From Callorhinchus milii (taxonomy: Eukaryota), in NCBI RefSeq assembly GCF_018977255.1, contig NW_024704750.1, positions 11,718,001-11,782,000 of the forward strand: a stretch of DNA of 64,000 nucleotides, in the 5' to 3' direction. The notes below the pieces were generated by a model that had not been told where the DNA came from, did not search any database, and saw nothing but the letters and a program-made list of their open reading frames with translations. Shown one piece after another: positions 15,101 to 29,210 of the stretch. Numbering within the stretch: position 1 is the first letter of the stretch; each line of letters begins with the position of its first letter. A program made the position numbers and the translations under genes.

Positions 15101-16709
15101 ATATTTGTTTCCCTCATCCACTCCTTTGTCATGTATGTGTAAAAATGTCTTAGTGCATTCTATGTTGAAAAGATTATTTAATATTGTTAAACTAAGAGGT
15201 TATGTCTTCCTTTTACCTAATTTTGACCCCCCGCACACGCACACAGAATTTTGGCATGAGTTGGAGCCTAGAGCTGAACGTCAATAAGACTGAAGATGTA
15301 TTGTTTAGCTGTCACCAGTACCTATTAGCAGTATTTCTGATATTAACTAATTTGCTTGGCTGTTAATATTTTTCTCCTTTGTGATGCTCTATGACTACTC
15401 CTCTGGAATATGGATGGTGCTTCATTATATTTATACTTTTTTTTGACAGAGAAAAGCGCACACATTTCCCTCTCATTGACAGAAGCTTGAATGAAGGAAA
15501 GTTTAGTGAACTGAACTAATATTGTTAGACTTATTGAGAAGTTTTGTACACATGGTGCATCTTATATACTTTGATTACAGGTCAATAGAAAGTTCTACAA
15601 AATACATAGTCACTATACTTTAAATCCTATGATGAGCTTTGAGATGCCCTCCTAACATGAAAAGCACTATACTGAATGCAAGGATTATTGTTATTTAAAT
15701 TAATCCAAATTAAATGTTTTTCAAGGGATTTTTAAAAAACTTTAAAGGCCTGCATTTTGAACCTGTTCAAATTATCTTTATTGTCCAAATTCTAGAATTC
15801 ACTGTTTTGTCACCCATTTTGATTATATTAAAGTAATAAGGTTTTTAATGGTAATAACTTCTGTTGTTCTAAGATTTTACAAACATTCTGTTGCATCCCC
15901 TCCAAATCCCCAAACAAGATAACATAGTGTCTCAAAGCTTCAAATTTAAAGAATGCTGCACTGTATGACAAGGCAAGAGTAGAATTTGCACTCATTATGG
16001 GCTTTGTTAGGAAGACCTTATCATGTAAACACTCTTCATTCATTAGAGATAATGTGAAAATATGAGTTAATTTTACCTCCCCTAAGAATAAACAGTTGAT
16101 CTGTTTAGCACTTCCTGGGATAATCATTATTTGTACATGTCTTAATACACAACAATGTGTCTTTGAGAAGACCTGACCTGGGTCCTAAATTAAATCGTTG
16201 ATGAATTAAAGTGAAAGCAAGAAAGTGCAAAGATTATGCATTTTTTAAAAGAAACAAATCTCTCGTGTCTCGAACTATTCTAACCCATGATTAAACTAAC
16301 TTGATTTACAACAAGAAATTGTAGATTGTTGCCCCCTTTTGTTTTGCAAATTATTATTCAATTTAAATGTGTAAAGAAACCTTTTAAGCACTTTACCGCA
16401 GAGTGCCTTCTCATTACAGTATTTATTCATTTGGATGTTAACCAAGCAAATGTTCAATAAATTAACCTAACAAACAATAAACTAACCAGATAAACGCGGA
16501 GAGTTGTTCACCTGAAATATCTTGTTCATGTTATTTAACATCATAGCTTTTATTTTAGATTGTTCTAAGTTACAAAGGGAATCGTGCCTGCAAAACTAAC
16601 TTTAATGGGTAGGGTGATCTGAACTAGTCAAGGAGTGGGAGGATTCCCAGGATTCACATTGACAAGCTGCATGGTTTTAGCTGGTTAACCTCTGGCTCTT
16701 TCCAACATT

Positions 16710-16894
16710 GTGCCTAAATTCTCAGATGAGTTATGCTGAGTGCATCCCTCCAGGGATAGAGTGCATATTTCATACCAGACAGTAGAAACCACACTTTTGT
16801 GGAACTCTTAGTAGTTTGTTTAGGACGTTCTTAAACATAGTGATGGGTTTCTGCGTGTGCCAGACACCCAGTTAACCAAAATAAAAACTTCTGA
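16710..16894 (+). repeat. Unclassified ~190-nt interspersed repeat, copy 1 (others at 26680-26880 + and 62550-62716 -)
   Basis: Shared cttaa(a/g)cat(a/g)gtgatgggtttc..gtgt..gacacc(c)ag(c/t)t(a/g)ac core in three places. Confidence 0.8.
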
Positions 16895-19800
16895 ATGCCC
16901 GTGCAATAAAATTCTTTAATCATGCCCTCCTTCAGAAATCAAAAATGGAAGGACAAAGTGACAATTTGTTGAACTCCAAGCACGTAGCCATTACTTTAGG
17001 AAAAGCAATATCAAGGAATATTGTCTGAATTGTTAATTAGCCACTTTAATTATCACCCACAGAACTGACTGTAGGTGTACGGATTAACATGTTAGCAGTT
17101 CTGTAGGAATGACTGTTCAACACACAGATGCTTCATTTTGCAGATAAACATCATCTCTCCTATTTGCTTGAAAAAATTCTCTGGTTAAAGTCCACTGCGA
17201 AGACAAATCTTGCAGCAATATGTTGAGTCATTGCATTACTTTATTTTTACACAAGACTATTTGGTGCTGTCCTGTTATTTCGCATAATATTCAACATGGT
17301 ACATTGCAAAATGTTATTGTTGGGTATGTATTCTGTCACTTTCACTAAGCATGTAAAATTAAATAAATGTGTTTTAGAATGCAATTAACAAGAATCTACA
17401 ATAGGTACAGTAAAAGCAATGGTGATAGCCACAGAAAAACACTGCCACATTCATTAAATGATCTATATTTTGGCTCACACAAATGAGAACTGCAGGAAAA
17501 TAGCATCTAATTATGTCTCATTAAAACTAGCAGAAATCAAAACAGCAACTTAGTATGCATGTTTAACTTAAGATGAATTTTACTGAGACTTGATGACTTA
17601 TTTCGCTAATGCAAAAATAATTGGCTTTCAGACAATGCTTTCAAAATCCCAAAGACACTGCCCATCACATGTAATCTCATAAGAGGGAATGTATAAATGC
17701 AGCTGATACTCAATACCTAACTACTAAATGAAGATTTGTTTTATCTTGCATTCCAATTTGCATGTAATACTTAAATATTGTAATATTACAACTATTCAAA
17801 AGGTTATTGTTGGGCTTCTGAATTACTAAATATAAAACATAGTCAGTGCAGGGAAAAGTACTGATTTGCTCTGTCTGTGACTACGTTTCATTGGGTTTCT
17901 TATACTGTACAATATTACATATGTGGTAATAGGATTTGATAAAGTGACACAATAAGGCTTTGTATCATATGTCACTGTAAGAGTGCAGTTTTTAGTTACA
18001 TAACAAACTGCAATGATTACTCAACTTCATTCTGGTTGGTAACACAAATGTCACAATAACAAAAAACAATATCATAGCTGAAAGAAATCTTATGATAGAA
18101 CTAATACAATAAAAAAAACTTTTGTATAGCACCTTTAATATCAAAGTAGTGAAGAAATGAAAACATTTAGGTTTACAAAATTGTTTGCCATGAAAGTATG
18201 TAGCAAGAAGTTAAAAATGACGACAGAATTTGTGGAAATTGTTCAGCAAAAATGCTGCCTTGGTTCAGTTGGTGGTAATATCACGTCTGAGTGAGCTCAA
18301 TCGGTATATGAGGATTTGAGTTTCCTTTTAAAATAGCAAGCTTTTGTATTTTGTTTGAAAAAAAACATAAAATTTCTCTCCAAAATTCTTCCGATTGTCC
18401 CACCTATTAATCACCAGACTCTGTATGTTTCTAGCAAATCAGGAGTTAACTATTACAGATCTGTAAAAAGAATACTCCCCACCATGTGTTGTGAACTCTT
18501 GTATAGAAACTGTATGACGTTCATGCACAAGGTGTTGGAACTGAGCATTTAATTACTAGTCAAGTACTTCTTATTTAGAAACTCATCCAAGTAGATGCTG
18601 CCCTGTCTTATAATGTAGTGATGATGCACTGAGGTACTTATGCCCTTGTTGAATTGGCCTTTGACAAACTTCCTCCTGTACGCTAAGATTAAGGGAAGGA
18701 GGTAAGTAGCTCTGAACTTCATTGAAAGATTTTTATAAATAATTCAAAACTAATGAAATTAAGCTCTCGGGAAGATTACTAATTTCATTTCTAGAGCTCT
18801 AGAAATCCAAGGCTGAGAGTTCCCATGGAAACTGAATACTATCTGCATGTCTGTGTATGTTCCAATAATCTCAGCCCGATGTTGAAAGCATCTAGGACCT
18901 TGTGGGTCAGTTTGTGCTGGATTTTGAAGAGTATAGCAGGATTTGGGATCTTCAGAGAGTGGAAGAAATTTTGTTGATCTGCATGAAACTTGCCTACAAG
19001 TTGTTGGAAGGATGGATGTGGGCCTTCGTGAGGCACCTAATTTTTATGCCCTTCTCTTGCCATCTATTGCAGCTGATTGCTGGTGTGTCAAAGCTGTGTA
19101 ACCTCTGACCTCTCTCGGGCCCTACTTGTCTCAGAGCATAATGAATATCCTAGTCACCAGATAATCTACGGTTTTATTGGTCTGACTTCATTCTAACTTC
19201 CTTGTAGCAAAATCCTAACCCGAAGAGAATTGCTTCAAAGTGCCCTTGGACTTGGTCAATGCGCTAGCTTTGTGATTCAGTGCTGCTGCTCTCCCTCCAG
19301 AGCCAATTGGATTCTGGGTCTAGTAGATTACAGAATGAGAGATGACCACTTTTTGTGACTGTGGGCACAGCAGTTAGGTAAGAGAGTCCAAATAACTGTA
19401 AGCACGCACAAGATCACAGCACAAGATTGGTTTGGATGAAGCAGGCCCTTCGACCCATCTGATCTCATCTCTCCTGATACCCACCTGTTTTAACATTGAC
19501 CCTGCCCTCCTCTCCTCTGTGCCTGTGGGAGGAACTAGAGAATCCTCCAGTTTGTGGAGGAAGCACCATTCTGCTCCTTAACATCTCCAGTGTCTGATCT
19601 TGTATACGCGCACTTATTGGTACGCTGTTCACAAACTTCTAAAATACAAAGGCACCAAAAATCTAATTAGAAAGCCAAAGACCCTATGTTTCTACTCACT
19701 TCTACTCTTTATGATGTGTAGTGATCTGTTGTTAAACCAAATAAGTTAGCAATTAATTTTAATCAGCAGAAAGCGACAATCAAAACTGAACCTTGATTTT

Positions 19801-21039
19801 TACACCTGCACTATTATTCTGCTCCTTGTTTTGTTTGGATTTGCCTAACGGTAGCAATCCTGCTCCCCCTACTGACAGTGTCACCTAATTGCAATCTCCT
19901 CATGATCCTGGAAACTTTCTTTGGACCCACAATATGTGGAGGCCATTCTTTGGGGAAAGAGTACAGTTGTTGATCTTTTCTGATTTTGTTCAACAGAACA
20001 GGTTAAATTCACTTGCCACAAAGCGGACTCAAAGGATGTGTTTGCCCTGTTATAAGTGAGATGCCCTCAATGATGAATTTAGGATTTTGGTAATTAGTTT
20101 CAAATTTTAAGAAAAGATTACTGTGTCAAAGTAGCCAAGTTATTGAAATATCTTCACCACTGAGATTCAACTGCCAATGAAAAGGGAAAGAAAAATCTGC
20201 TTCATAAAGTCAGAAGAGTCTTGGGACGGATATGGAACCAATGCCTTGAAGCTTCCAAATTTGTATGTGCAAATGAAAGTGGAATGGAATATTTTTTGCA
20301 ATACCCAACCTGTTGTTTTCGTATATCTTTTCAGAAATCTTTGGAAGTTTCTTCTGAGCCTGGGTTGGTTATGACTGTGACCTGCTGTGTGGTTAGTATG
20401 ACGTTATGATGAAAGGAGCTGATAAGTTCAATTTCACATTTTTTTTTAAAAAAGGCCTGATGGATGGACAGGGCCACCAGGTGTAATTTCTGTCTCAAGG
20501 ATGTTAAAGTCTTTCATTAATGTGTTGCCTTTATTCATCACTTTAAATCTTTACTTTGACAGTGTTGGAGGCTGGTGCTGACCAATAGTTTCTTGTTCTG
20601 CCTGGCAGCTTCCAAAATCAAATGGTTCTGAAGAGTAGCCAGGTGGTCATTTGGTTGGCTGAGCCCAGTTGAGATGATGTTCTAAAAATCTTTTACTCCT
20701 TTAAGCAGTAAACACCGCAAAGTGTCACCAATCTCAAAGCCATTATATCCAGCCCTAATCTGAGCAAACACTTGCAGTGTGAAATGTAATCCAGGACTTT
20801 AGGCAGTGTGCCAACAGAATATTACATCAACCTGGTAAAACTGACTGGAATACTTCACCCAGGTCGGTCACGTTAACTACTTTGGAATAAATTACAATAT
20901 TGTCTTGCATTTACAGTGACCTGAATAGTGGGCAAAGTTCCTGCAATACATATCCATGCAAGTTATTAATAGAGCTATCCATGTCTCAGTTAACATAGGC
21001 CTGCTGTTCATTCCTGCCCTCTCCATGCAACAAATTGTG

Positions 21040-21242
21040 GCTGAGCTATCAGTACTTTCGCCCCTAATCTCTAAAGCTGGCTGCCTCCATCCCTCCACCT
21101 GTGTTTTTAAATCCCACTTTAAATCCTTTACGACCATCCTAAGGGCATCTCCCCCTCCTCTCTTGCTCAGCATCTTGTTCCTCCATTGTGAAGTGCTCCA
21201 AGCCATTATCCTACATGAAAGACACTATATAAATACAAGTTA
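21040..21242 (+). mobile_element. Degraded L2 3' end
   Basis: tttaaatcccac...gtgaagtgctcc...catgaaagacactatataaatacaagtt. Confidence 0.55.
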
Positions 21243-22706
21243 TTTGGTATCAAACTGGCTAGAAAATACACAGACATTACACTTCAGAGAAGATACTGTT
21301 AAAATGCTTTGAGGCGTCCTCCCAACATTAAAGGCACTATAACAAATATAAAGAACATTGTAAGTTGTTGCATGCCTGCCTTTTCTGTGTCTTATACATT
21401 GACTTGTTTTACAATGTTAGAATGCACTCTATCTTTCACAGCACTGGACTGTAGATCTCATGTCCACTTTTGCAAGTGGTGTCCTCAAAATCCCTGATCA
21501 TCAGAAAAAGAGAATGAAAATGTTTGAGAATACACAATAATGATGATTAATTCTGATTCCTGCTGCTTGTCTTGTTAGGAGCATCCTACTGATTTGGCTT
21601 GCAGCTTTAACAGGAACCAAGTGAGAGGAATTCCTGATCCGGGGACCACTCTACCCCTCCAAGTCCTACCGATGAGCCAGGCTGGTTGTCATCAGCAGGG
21701 CATACCCACCTGGCTCGAGATGTGATTCTGACATTCCATTGCTTGGGGCCTGCATATGTAATTCCAGTGAAACAGAATTGTACAGAATTGCATATATTTG
21801 GGAAACTAATTTAATGTTAAGTGTCAGATATGATTTGTTGCCAACTGAGTACCGCATACAAATAGATTAATATATTGAAAGAGATGCACAGAGAGACTTG
21901 CCAGAATACTGCAATAAGTGGCGAGCCAGCAATATCACAGATTTCTCCAAGGAAAACATCCAGACAAATACTCATAAGCAGATGTCACCTTCTTTAAGGT
22001 TCCATCTTGTGACTGTGAGTCCGCCGGTTGAATGTGATCTCCCTGACTGGCTTGTTTCCAGGCTTTTGATTTTGCAGCTCATGCTCAGTAGCTCAATAAC
22101 CCATTGCTATGCCTTGCAGCTTGCCCCGGGGTTGACGTGATTAGAGAGATTGCTGCCAAAAAATGGCTGGGTGCTCCTCTGTAAAAAGAGCCTTCCCACT
22201 CTGCATTGGTTGTCTCCCTTCATTAGTGGCTCAGGTCAGCTGAGAAGCATCAGATTACAATTAATATTTTTAAATCAGATAAACTACATTTCCATATCTT
22301 ATAAGAACTGGGCTGTGTTGATTAAAACAATAAATGTACTTCTTGGTTTTATAATCTATTCATCTCTGTGGTGTTGTGAATTTTGTGGCACAGAATTCTT
22401 TGGCTTATTCTTCATGTGCCAACACTAACTGTCACCGGGTACTATACTTGTTTCTTTAGCAATGATAATGGATTTGATATTACACCCTAGACGGTTGAAA
22501 GGATGGCTGTAGTGTGTTTGTATCACCAGTTTTCTTATCTTTGTTTGAATGCATAGTACAAAATCACAAGCGGGTAATGACTTAAGATACTATTGTGAAA
22601 GTGTAAATATATTATCTGTGGTCGGTGGCTGAAGTTAGAGGACATTTTATATGTTCAAAACTGATTATCTAGATTGTTATCCTTGTAAATGTAAATGGTC
22701 AAATAA

Positions 22707-22720
22707 CCACTAGGTGGCAG
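22707..22720 (+). promoter_or_regulatory. Candidate CTCF site
   Basis: CCACTAGGTGGCAG matches the core consensus CCASYAGRKGGCRS. Confidence 0.5.
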
Positions 22721-24044
22721 AAGATACTTATCCAGCTGAATACAATTTTGTGGTAGCAGATTGAGGGTTAACCCTTTAACAACATTCCTATAAACAATGC
22801 ATTTAAAATGCACAAATTATGTAATGATGAATGGAGTTAAATACAAGTAACTGGTTGAGGCATCAGTGTACAAACTGCATGAATGTTTGCAAGAACATAA
22901 TTTGGTCTTTCAATTGTATCAGACTTGACTCCAGTTTACTCATTAGCATGTAGTTTTCCAATCTTATAGGAATAATTGCAATAATACTAATGTTGCAGTG
23001 AGTAAATACAAGTCATTCGTACAGAGCCATTTAGATAGTCTGCAGTTTCACATCAATATTGAAAGTGCAAACGTGTTGTAATGCATTTGCCATAAAGTAG
23101 AAAGTGCGTGTCATGTGAACCTTTATCTATTAAGAATGATAATAGTGACTCATTTGTTCATATCAATCAAATTATAACTGTACTTGGGTTAGTTTAATCA
23201 TGTTCACCGCACTACGCAGTTCTGTTTTGACTGCTCAAGAATCAAGGTGTTTGATATATTCAGAGAAGGATATTATGAAGTGCTAACTTGAACCAATATT
23301 TTCCTGTCTCTGGTTCTTCTAGAATGAGAGATGCATCTAAAGGTCTTCTTTTAAAACATTTGCCTTGGCTTGAAAGGTATATCACAGCCTATACAGCATG
23401 AAAGCTTTAATTCCATAGATTTGAACTACATTGAAATACAGTTCAGCAAGGAAACCTCACCTGTGGTGGATTAAAGTGTGATTGCCTGACTACTCATTCA
23501 CCTCATTTCTCTTCTGAAAAAGTATTGGCTATTGTGATAGGGATCAACTCCATGACACTGTGCTTGTTGGGTTGATGCATTTTGAAAGCTGTGTTTGTCA
23601 CTGTATTGTGGGGGAAAATGCTCATGGGTTGATCTTACCGCTGTTTTTCTTGCACTTTTGAGAAACCATTGGCTTTTTAAAGGCAATATTGCAACCTCCA
23701 TCCATATCATCAAATGATTGTCAGGTGTAGCTTTCTTTTGTTTGGATTTCTGCAAGCCATCAGCTGCACTACTGTGAAACTCTACACTTATAGCTCACCT
23801 TGCAGACTGCACCTGATGATCAGTGGTCCTGCAGTCGTAGTTGTTATTTTCCTTCGCTTAATAGGCAGATTTTCTTCATAGCAATTGCAATTGTAGTTTG
23901 TCCACAGGTATTGCAAAGATACAAACTTGACATTAAGGTGGTAAGGCAGTATTTTAAGCAGCAGAGAAACTGTGAATTATGAGCCAATGGAGATGTGAAT
24001 AAATTGTGAAAGATTGGCTGAACACACCATTACTGCAGAAGAAT

Positions 24045-24410
24045 TAGGGGAGATCTTATTGAAACATATAAGATTCTTAAAGGGCTGGATAAAGTAGACA
24101 GTGAGGGTCTGTTTCCCTGGTAGGAGAATCTATAACCAGGGGTCACAGTCTTAAAATTAAGGGTCAGCCTTTTAGAACAGAGTTGAGGAAACATTTCTTC
24201 ACTCAGAAGGTAGTGAATTTATGGAATTCACTACCCCAGAAGGCTGTAGATGCTCAGTCCTTGAACATCAAAATAGAGGGATTAGGGGAAATGGGGATAG
24301 GGTAGGTAATTAGAGTTAGGTCTGAAGATCAGCCATGATCTTATCGAATGGCGGGGCAAACTCGAGGGGCTGAATGGCCTACTCCTACTCCTAATTCTTA
24401 TGTTCTTATT
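24045..24410 (+). mobile_element. CR1 LINE 3' fragment
   Basis: ggggagatcttattgaaacatataagatt (GDLIETYKI), ttcttcactcagaaggtagtg, gaggggctgaatggcctactcct, tail ttcttatgttctta. Confidence 0.88.
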
Positions 24411-26549
24411 ATTGCTGAGATCATCTGTTTATTGTATACATCAAACTGAGTGTAACTATTAGGACCCTTACAAAGTATTAGGCATATGAATACTTTACAC
24501 TGTTTGCCTTTTTAAAAAAGCAACTATTTTTGTTTAAAAATACTGTACATTAAACAGACACAAAGTTTCTTTTACTCATGTTTGTAAGTTAATTTGCAAC
24601 AGAAAATTATGAAGGCTGAATTGCCTTCCTGTGGATAGTGAAGCTGTCCTTTAACAGATGCATTAGCATCAGATAGATGATTATTGTCCAAGTGTGAGAA
24701 AGCTATTCTGAGCACATTTCAATGAATCCTGACCCCATTGGGATTTCACTGGAATTTTTATATTCCTTTTATTTTTCTTCAGTTAAATCAAATAGTATTA
24801 AGAAGCAAAATGATCAGAACCATACATATTAACAGTACATATGTTATAAAGGGTCATGCTTAATAGCATGACACAAATCAGTGCTTAGAGCTCAGACACA
24901 TTCTTTGTTTTTTTCATAATAGACCGCTTAGCAGGTAATGGCAAAGTCATATCATGCTTTATAGTACTGAGGAAATTATGTAAGTAGGAATTTCCCCAGG
25001 ACTATAACTGTCAGTCCCAGCGTGAGCTGTATTTGAGATGTGTCTTGTTGATTTGAATCATGTTCTTTTCTGAAGATTGGCTTAATATTTTTTCCATCAC
25101 TGTATTGAGAGAATAATATTTTCTGAGAGCAGTCTTTGGCCTGTGGGCTATCCTTTGAAGTTTATCTACAATTAGGTTGATTTGTTATTTATATAGTTTA
25201 CTTTAGATGGGTTGGCTTCTTGAATAGTATGTTTACTGATTTTCAACCATACTTTTGACTTTGCATTTGATCAGACTGCCTCAACTGTTTAGGATGAGTT
25301 GTCAAACTTGCTTTCTAATTTCAAAAAGCAATGAAGACAGCATGGCATTCATACACTTCCATAGCAATAGCGAAACAGTCAACAAAAGCAAAGACACTTA
25401 AAAGTGTTCAGAATGCTTGAATGGATTGTCCAACTATTTAGGAATTTCCTGAACATTTAGTTCTTTAAAAAAATAATGCTTTTTAAAGTCAACTGATTTG
25501 TAATTTGAGTCAAGGAAAACCCACCAGTGGTGGAAATCATAGGTCCAAACTTGCCTGTTTCTTCCAAGCATACTTGATATTTATCATATTTAATATATCT
25601 GTTACGTATCTGCAGGATATTATAATATGTAAGCCTACGCTAGAATGGTTATTGTTTTGATTGGGTTAGCTGCCTGGCTGGTACAAATTACACCTGCACT
25701 TTTTATTTCTCTTGCAAACCCAGATAACAGGGTAAATAGTTGGAAGGAGTTCTGGACTTTAAAGTACAATGATAAAGTGCTTCAGGGACTGTGTTAATAC
25801 ATCTCCCTCATTAAGGACTCAATCTATTAAATTTCTGTTGTGGAACAAATGTCGATGTCATGCAAATAAGTATAACTGTACCCTTCACACTCACTGTGTT
25901 ATGGGACAAATGAATTCTATCTGTTCGTATTTGCTGCGGTTGTATACACTGAACACTGGATCCTTAAGGCTCCAGTGGAAAGATTTTGAAGTAAAGTATC
26001 TACAGATTTTTAAAAAAATTATTGTATTTTTCATTCTTGGTCTTAGGGAATGAAATGGGCTTTGTCTTTCTGTAGCACTATGTGAGGTCATTTCCTTCTG
26101 CAAATAGAATTTTTGTACTGACACAAAAGCACACCAAAAGTAGATGCAAATGAGGTTATTAATATTTATTTGGCAGCGTGAAATTCAAGACAGTGCCCTG
26201 AGCTGTGAAGCGGAATGCATTGGCACCCATGCTGATGTTTATCAGGGAAGTAAAATTCATCCCACTATACAGAGCAGTAACCTCCTAAATCCAGTCCCCC
26301 GATGCCATTAACATTCGCTGTTGAGAAGCATATAAAATTGTTCTTAAAATTGGGTATTTTCAGTCATACAACTGTTTAAATCCCTGTAACATTATGCTGA
26401 TCGTGATACTTATTTAATCTCTGAGAATGGCATTGATTATCAGTTGTGTAGAGGAGCCCTAGTTGTTGGTATTGGCCAAGGCATTGATTTGATATATTTT
26501 TTAAAAACGCAATAACAAGTCAATCTTTATTAACAAGATATCAGGCATC

Positions 26550-27190
26550 ATCAGCCAGGCTCAATTGGTAACACATTCACCTCTGGTGTCAGAAGATTGT
26601 GGTTTGAAGCCCCATGTTGGGACTTTTAAGATTCCACCAACACCCCATTGCAAATTCTGGGGTCGCCAAATCTTAATTTTTGCCTAATATTCCCTGGAAT
26701 TAGGTAAGCAGGATGCTTCCCTCCAGGGAGAGAGTGCACATTCCATTCCAATAAATATCTCTGAAATTTCCACCTATAGGTTGAATGCATGGAACGCTCA
26801 GCTTGGTTTGGATACTCTTAAACATGGTGATGGGTTTCGGTGTGTGTCGGACACCCAGCTGACTGCCAAAAAGCTCTGAGTTTATGTTAACATTCCAATC
26901 AAGTGCTGGGAAGAGTTACAATGTCGAAGGTGCAGTCCTTCGCTGAAATGTTAAACCGAGGTCCTGTTTGCCTGTTCAGAGGAACATTAGTGATCCCACA
27001 ACACTGTTCAAAATGAGAAGGTAACTTCTTCTGGCGTCTTGGTCAACAACCTCCTAAGTGCAATTGATTATTCAGTTTATGGCTGTTTGGGGAACATTGC
27101 AGTATGTGAATTGGCTGATACGTTCACCTATAAGCCTAGCCACTACACATTTTTTTTACAGAAAAGCTCTGAATTGCTTTGAGATGTTTG
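26550..27190 (+). mobile_element. Older Deu-domain SINE interrupted by an unclassified repeat
   Basis: Head at 26550-26625; body resumes near 26890 (atgttaaaccgaggtcc..gatccca..gctgtttgggg..aattggctg). Confidence 0.7.
26680..26880 (+). repeat. Unclassified repeat, copy 2
   Basis: ccctccagggagagagtgcacattccattcc...gatactcttaaacatggtgatgggtttc. Confidence 0.8.
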
Positions 27191-28793
27191 GCCTGCTAGA
27201 TCAAATTCAAGGATTATGTGTATTACGTATCTATTATATTGCAGGCAAAATGGTTTTGTTGGGAGTTATTTGAACTAATCATGTATCTCAGATGAAGATG
27301 TACTCCAGAATTCCCTTCTCTCTGATTCTATGATCTGAATCCCTGCATCGGACATGTTACACCCACTGCTTGTAAGAGTCATCCTTTTATCCCCAGGTAA
27401 TGGTCTGATTGGGATGCTAAATGAGATTAGTAAGTTAACTCGATTCCTAGCAATAATTGGGACTCCACAGCATAAGATTGCCTGTAATTAATTTTCAGCC
27501 ATGCTGAAAGAGTAGCTGGTAGAGAAATGTCAGATTGCTGAACCAGTGGCTGCTTTTAATCTAGGCTTGAGGAGAGGGAGTCTTACTTCACATCTAACCC
27601 ATTCTATAGCTGGTTAGAGGAACTTGAATGCTGAATTTTCCAGCATTATCCTTCACCTTGTTATCCTGATATTTCGCATTTCGAGAAAAGTGGTTAAGAA
27701 GTGAGAGAGAAGCAGAGGATTTGTTTGAAGATTGCAGCCAGAGATATATCTGGCCATGTGGCTTCTTGACACACAGTAACATTGTCCTACAGCTATATCC
27801 ATCATCTCATGTGGAGAACTGTAGGCTTCCTTCTGGTGCCTTATCAGTGAATAGCAGAAGAATTGCTATGTTAATGGCTGCAGTGCAGAGGTTGAAGAAG
27901 AAAAGGGAAATTATGGAGTGTGTACATTCATTTCAACTTCATGAAATGTTTAATTTCAGTCTTAGGTTAAAACAGAATCAGATGGTGTAGCATAATGGGA
28001 ACAAAAAGAAACCATATGTTTATTTTCATTAATTTTGCTGGAGCACACCATGGGGTGCAGTACATTTTGGATAGAATTCCTTCCGTTTCCTTTCCTGGCT
28101 GTCACACATGCACAGTTACATTGAAATCACACCCAGTGTTAATGCCAGCAGTAATATTTGAATAGAACGCGTACAAAACAAAGAAAAAGTGTGTGTAATA
28201 AAATTGCTGTTTGTTTAACAATAAACACTAAAATGAACTTGTCGTGCCCTAAAACACTCACATTTGTTTTTCATTTGGGGCTGTTTTTCTAATATAAATC
28301 CATCATGTTTTGTGTGGAAACCCCACGTACACAGGTTTACAGCTCGGAGAGCAACCTTAAATCCTTTTGTAATCTGAGTTGACAGAATAATCGAAAACAA
28401 TGACTATATTTAGGGTGGAAAATATAAGTCTAATTCACCTCTATAAACTCAGCACAATTTACCCATATCGTTTTCATCTTAAAGTCAGGTCACATGATTG
28501 AATATTATTGGAAAAACAGATTTCACACTGCTTTGTACTGTTTTCCGTTCGTCTGATCTACTTTCCCAATCTTCCAATCCAGATGATTATGACACCATAA
28601 TCACCATACTGGAAAGTATGATTAACTGGAAGGTGCAGAAAAAGGAGCCATTCCATTCAACCATTGACTCACAGAAATGTTGTGAATTTGAATAGCCGTT
28701 TAGCTGACAGTCTATTTACATGTAACTTGCAGTTCAAATCTTCGCTTAAAAGGGAATTGTTACTGTTTTAGGGAAGCAAATTTGAAGCAACAT

Positions 28794-29210
28794 GTCAGCC
28801 TGGCTCAGTGATAGCACTCTCGCCTCTGAGTCAGAATGATATGAGTTCAAGCCCCATCGTAGGACTTGAACTCGTATTCTAAGCTAACACTCCAATGTAG
28901 CGCTGTGGAGGTATTGGATTGTTGAAGATGCTATCTTTTTGGATGAGACATTAAACCGTGGTCCCATCTGCCTGATCAGGTGAATGTTAATGATCCCATG
29001 GCATTCTTTGAAAATAGGAGTTTCTCTTGGTGTCCTGGCCAACAATCCCCCCAAATAAAATTGGTCATTCACTTCATTGCTGTGTTGTGGGAAATTGGCT
29101 GCCACGTTTCACCCAAAAGGACACAGTCACTCCACCACAGTAAATCCTGAGAGGCTTTGGGACGTCCTCCTAACATGAAAGACTTTATACCAAATAATAA
29201 CAATAATAAT
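28794..29210 (+). mobile_element. Older Deu-domain SINE (SacSINE1/AmnSINE1-like), near full length
   Basis: tRNA head tggctcagtg..gttcaagccc; ggatgagacattaaaccg..gatcccatggca..gtgtcctggccaac..aaattggctgcc; L2-type tail. Confidence 0.8.

Noticed and set aside
23908-23940. Possible 33-nt plus-strand exon (cag|GTATTG...GTG|gtaagg)
   Set aside because: Weak pyrimidine tract and no partner exons or homology; indistinguishable from chance.
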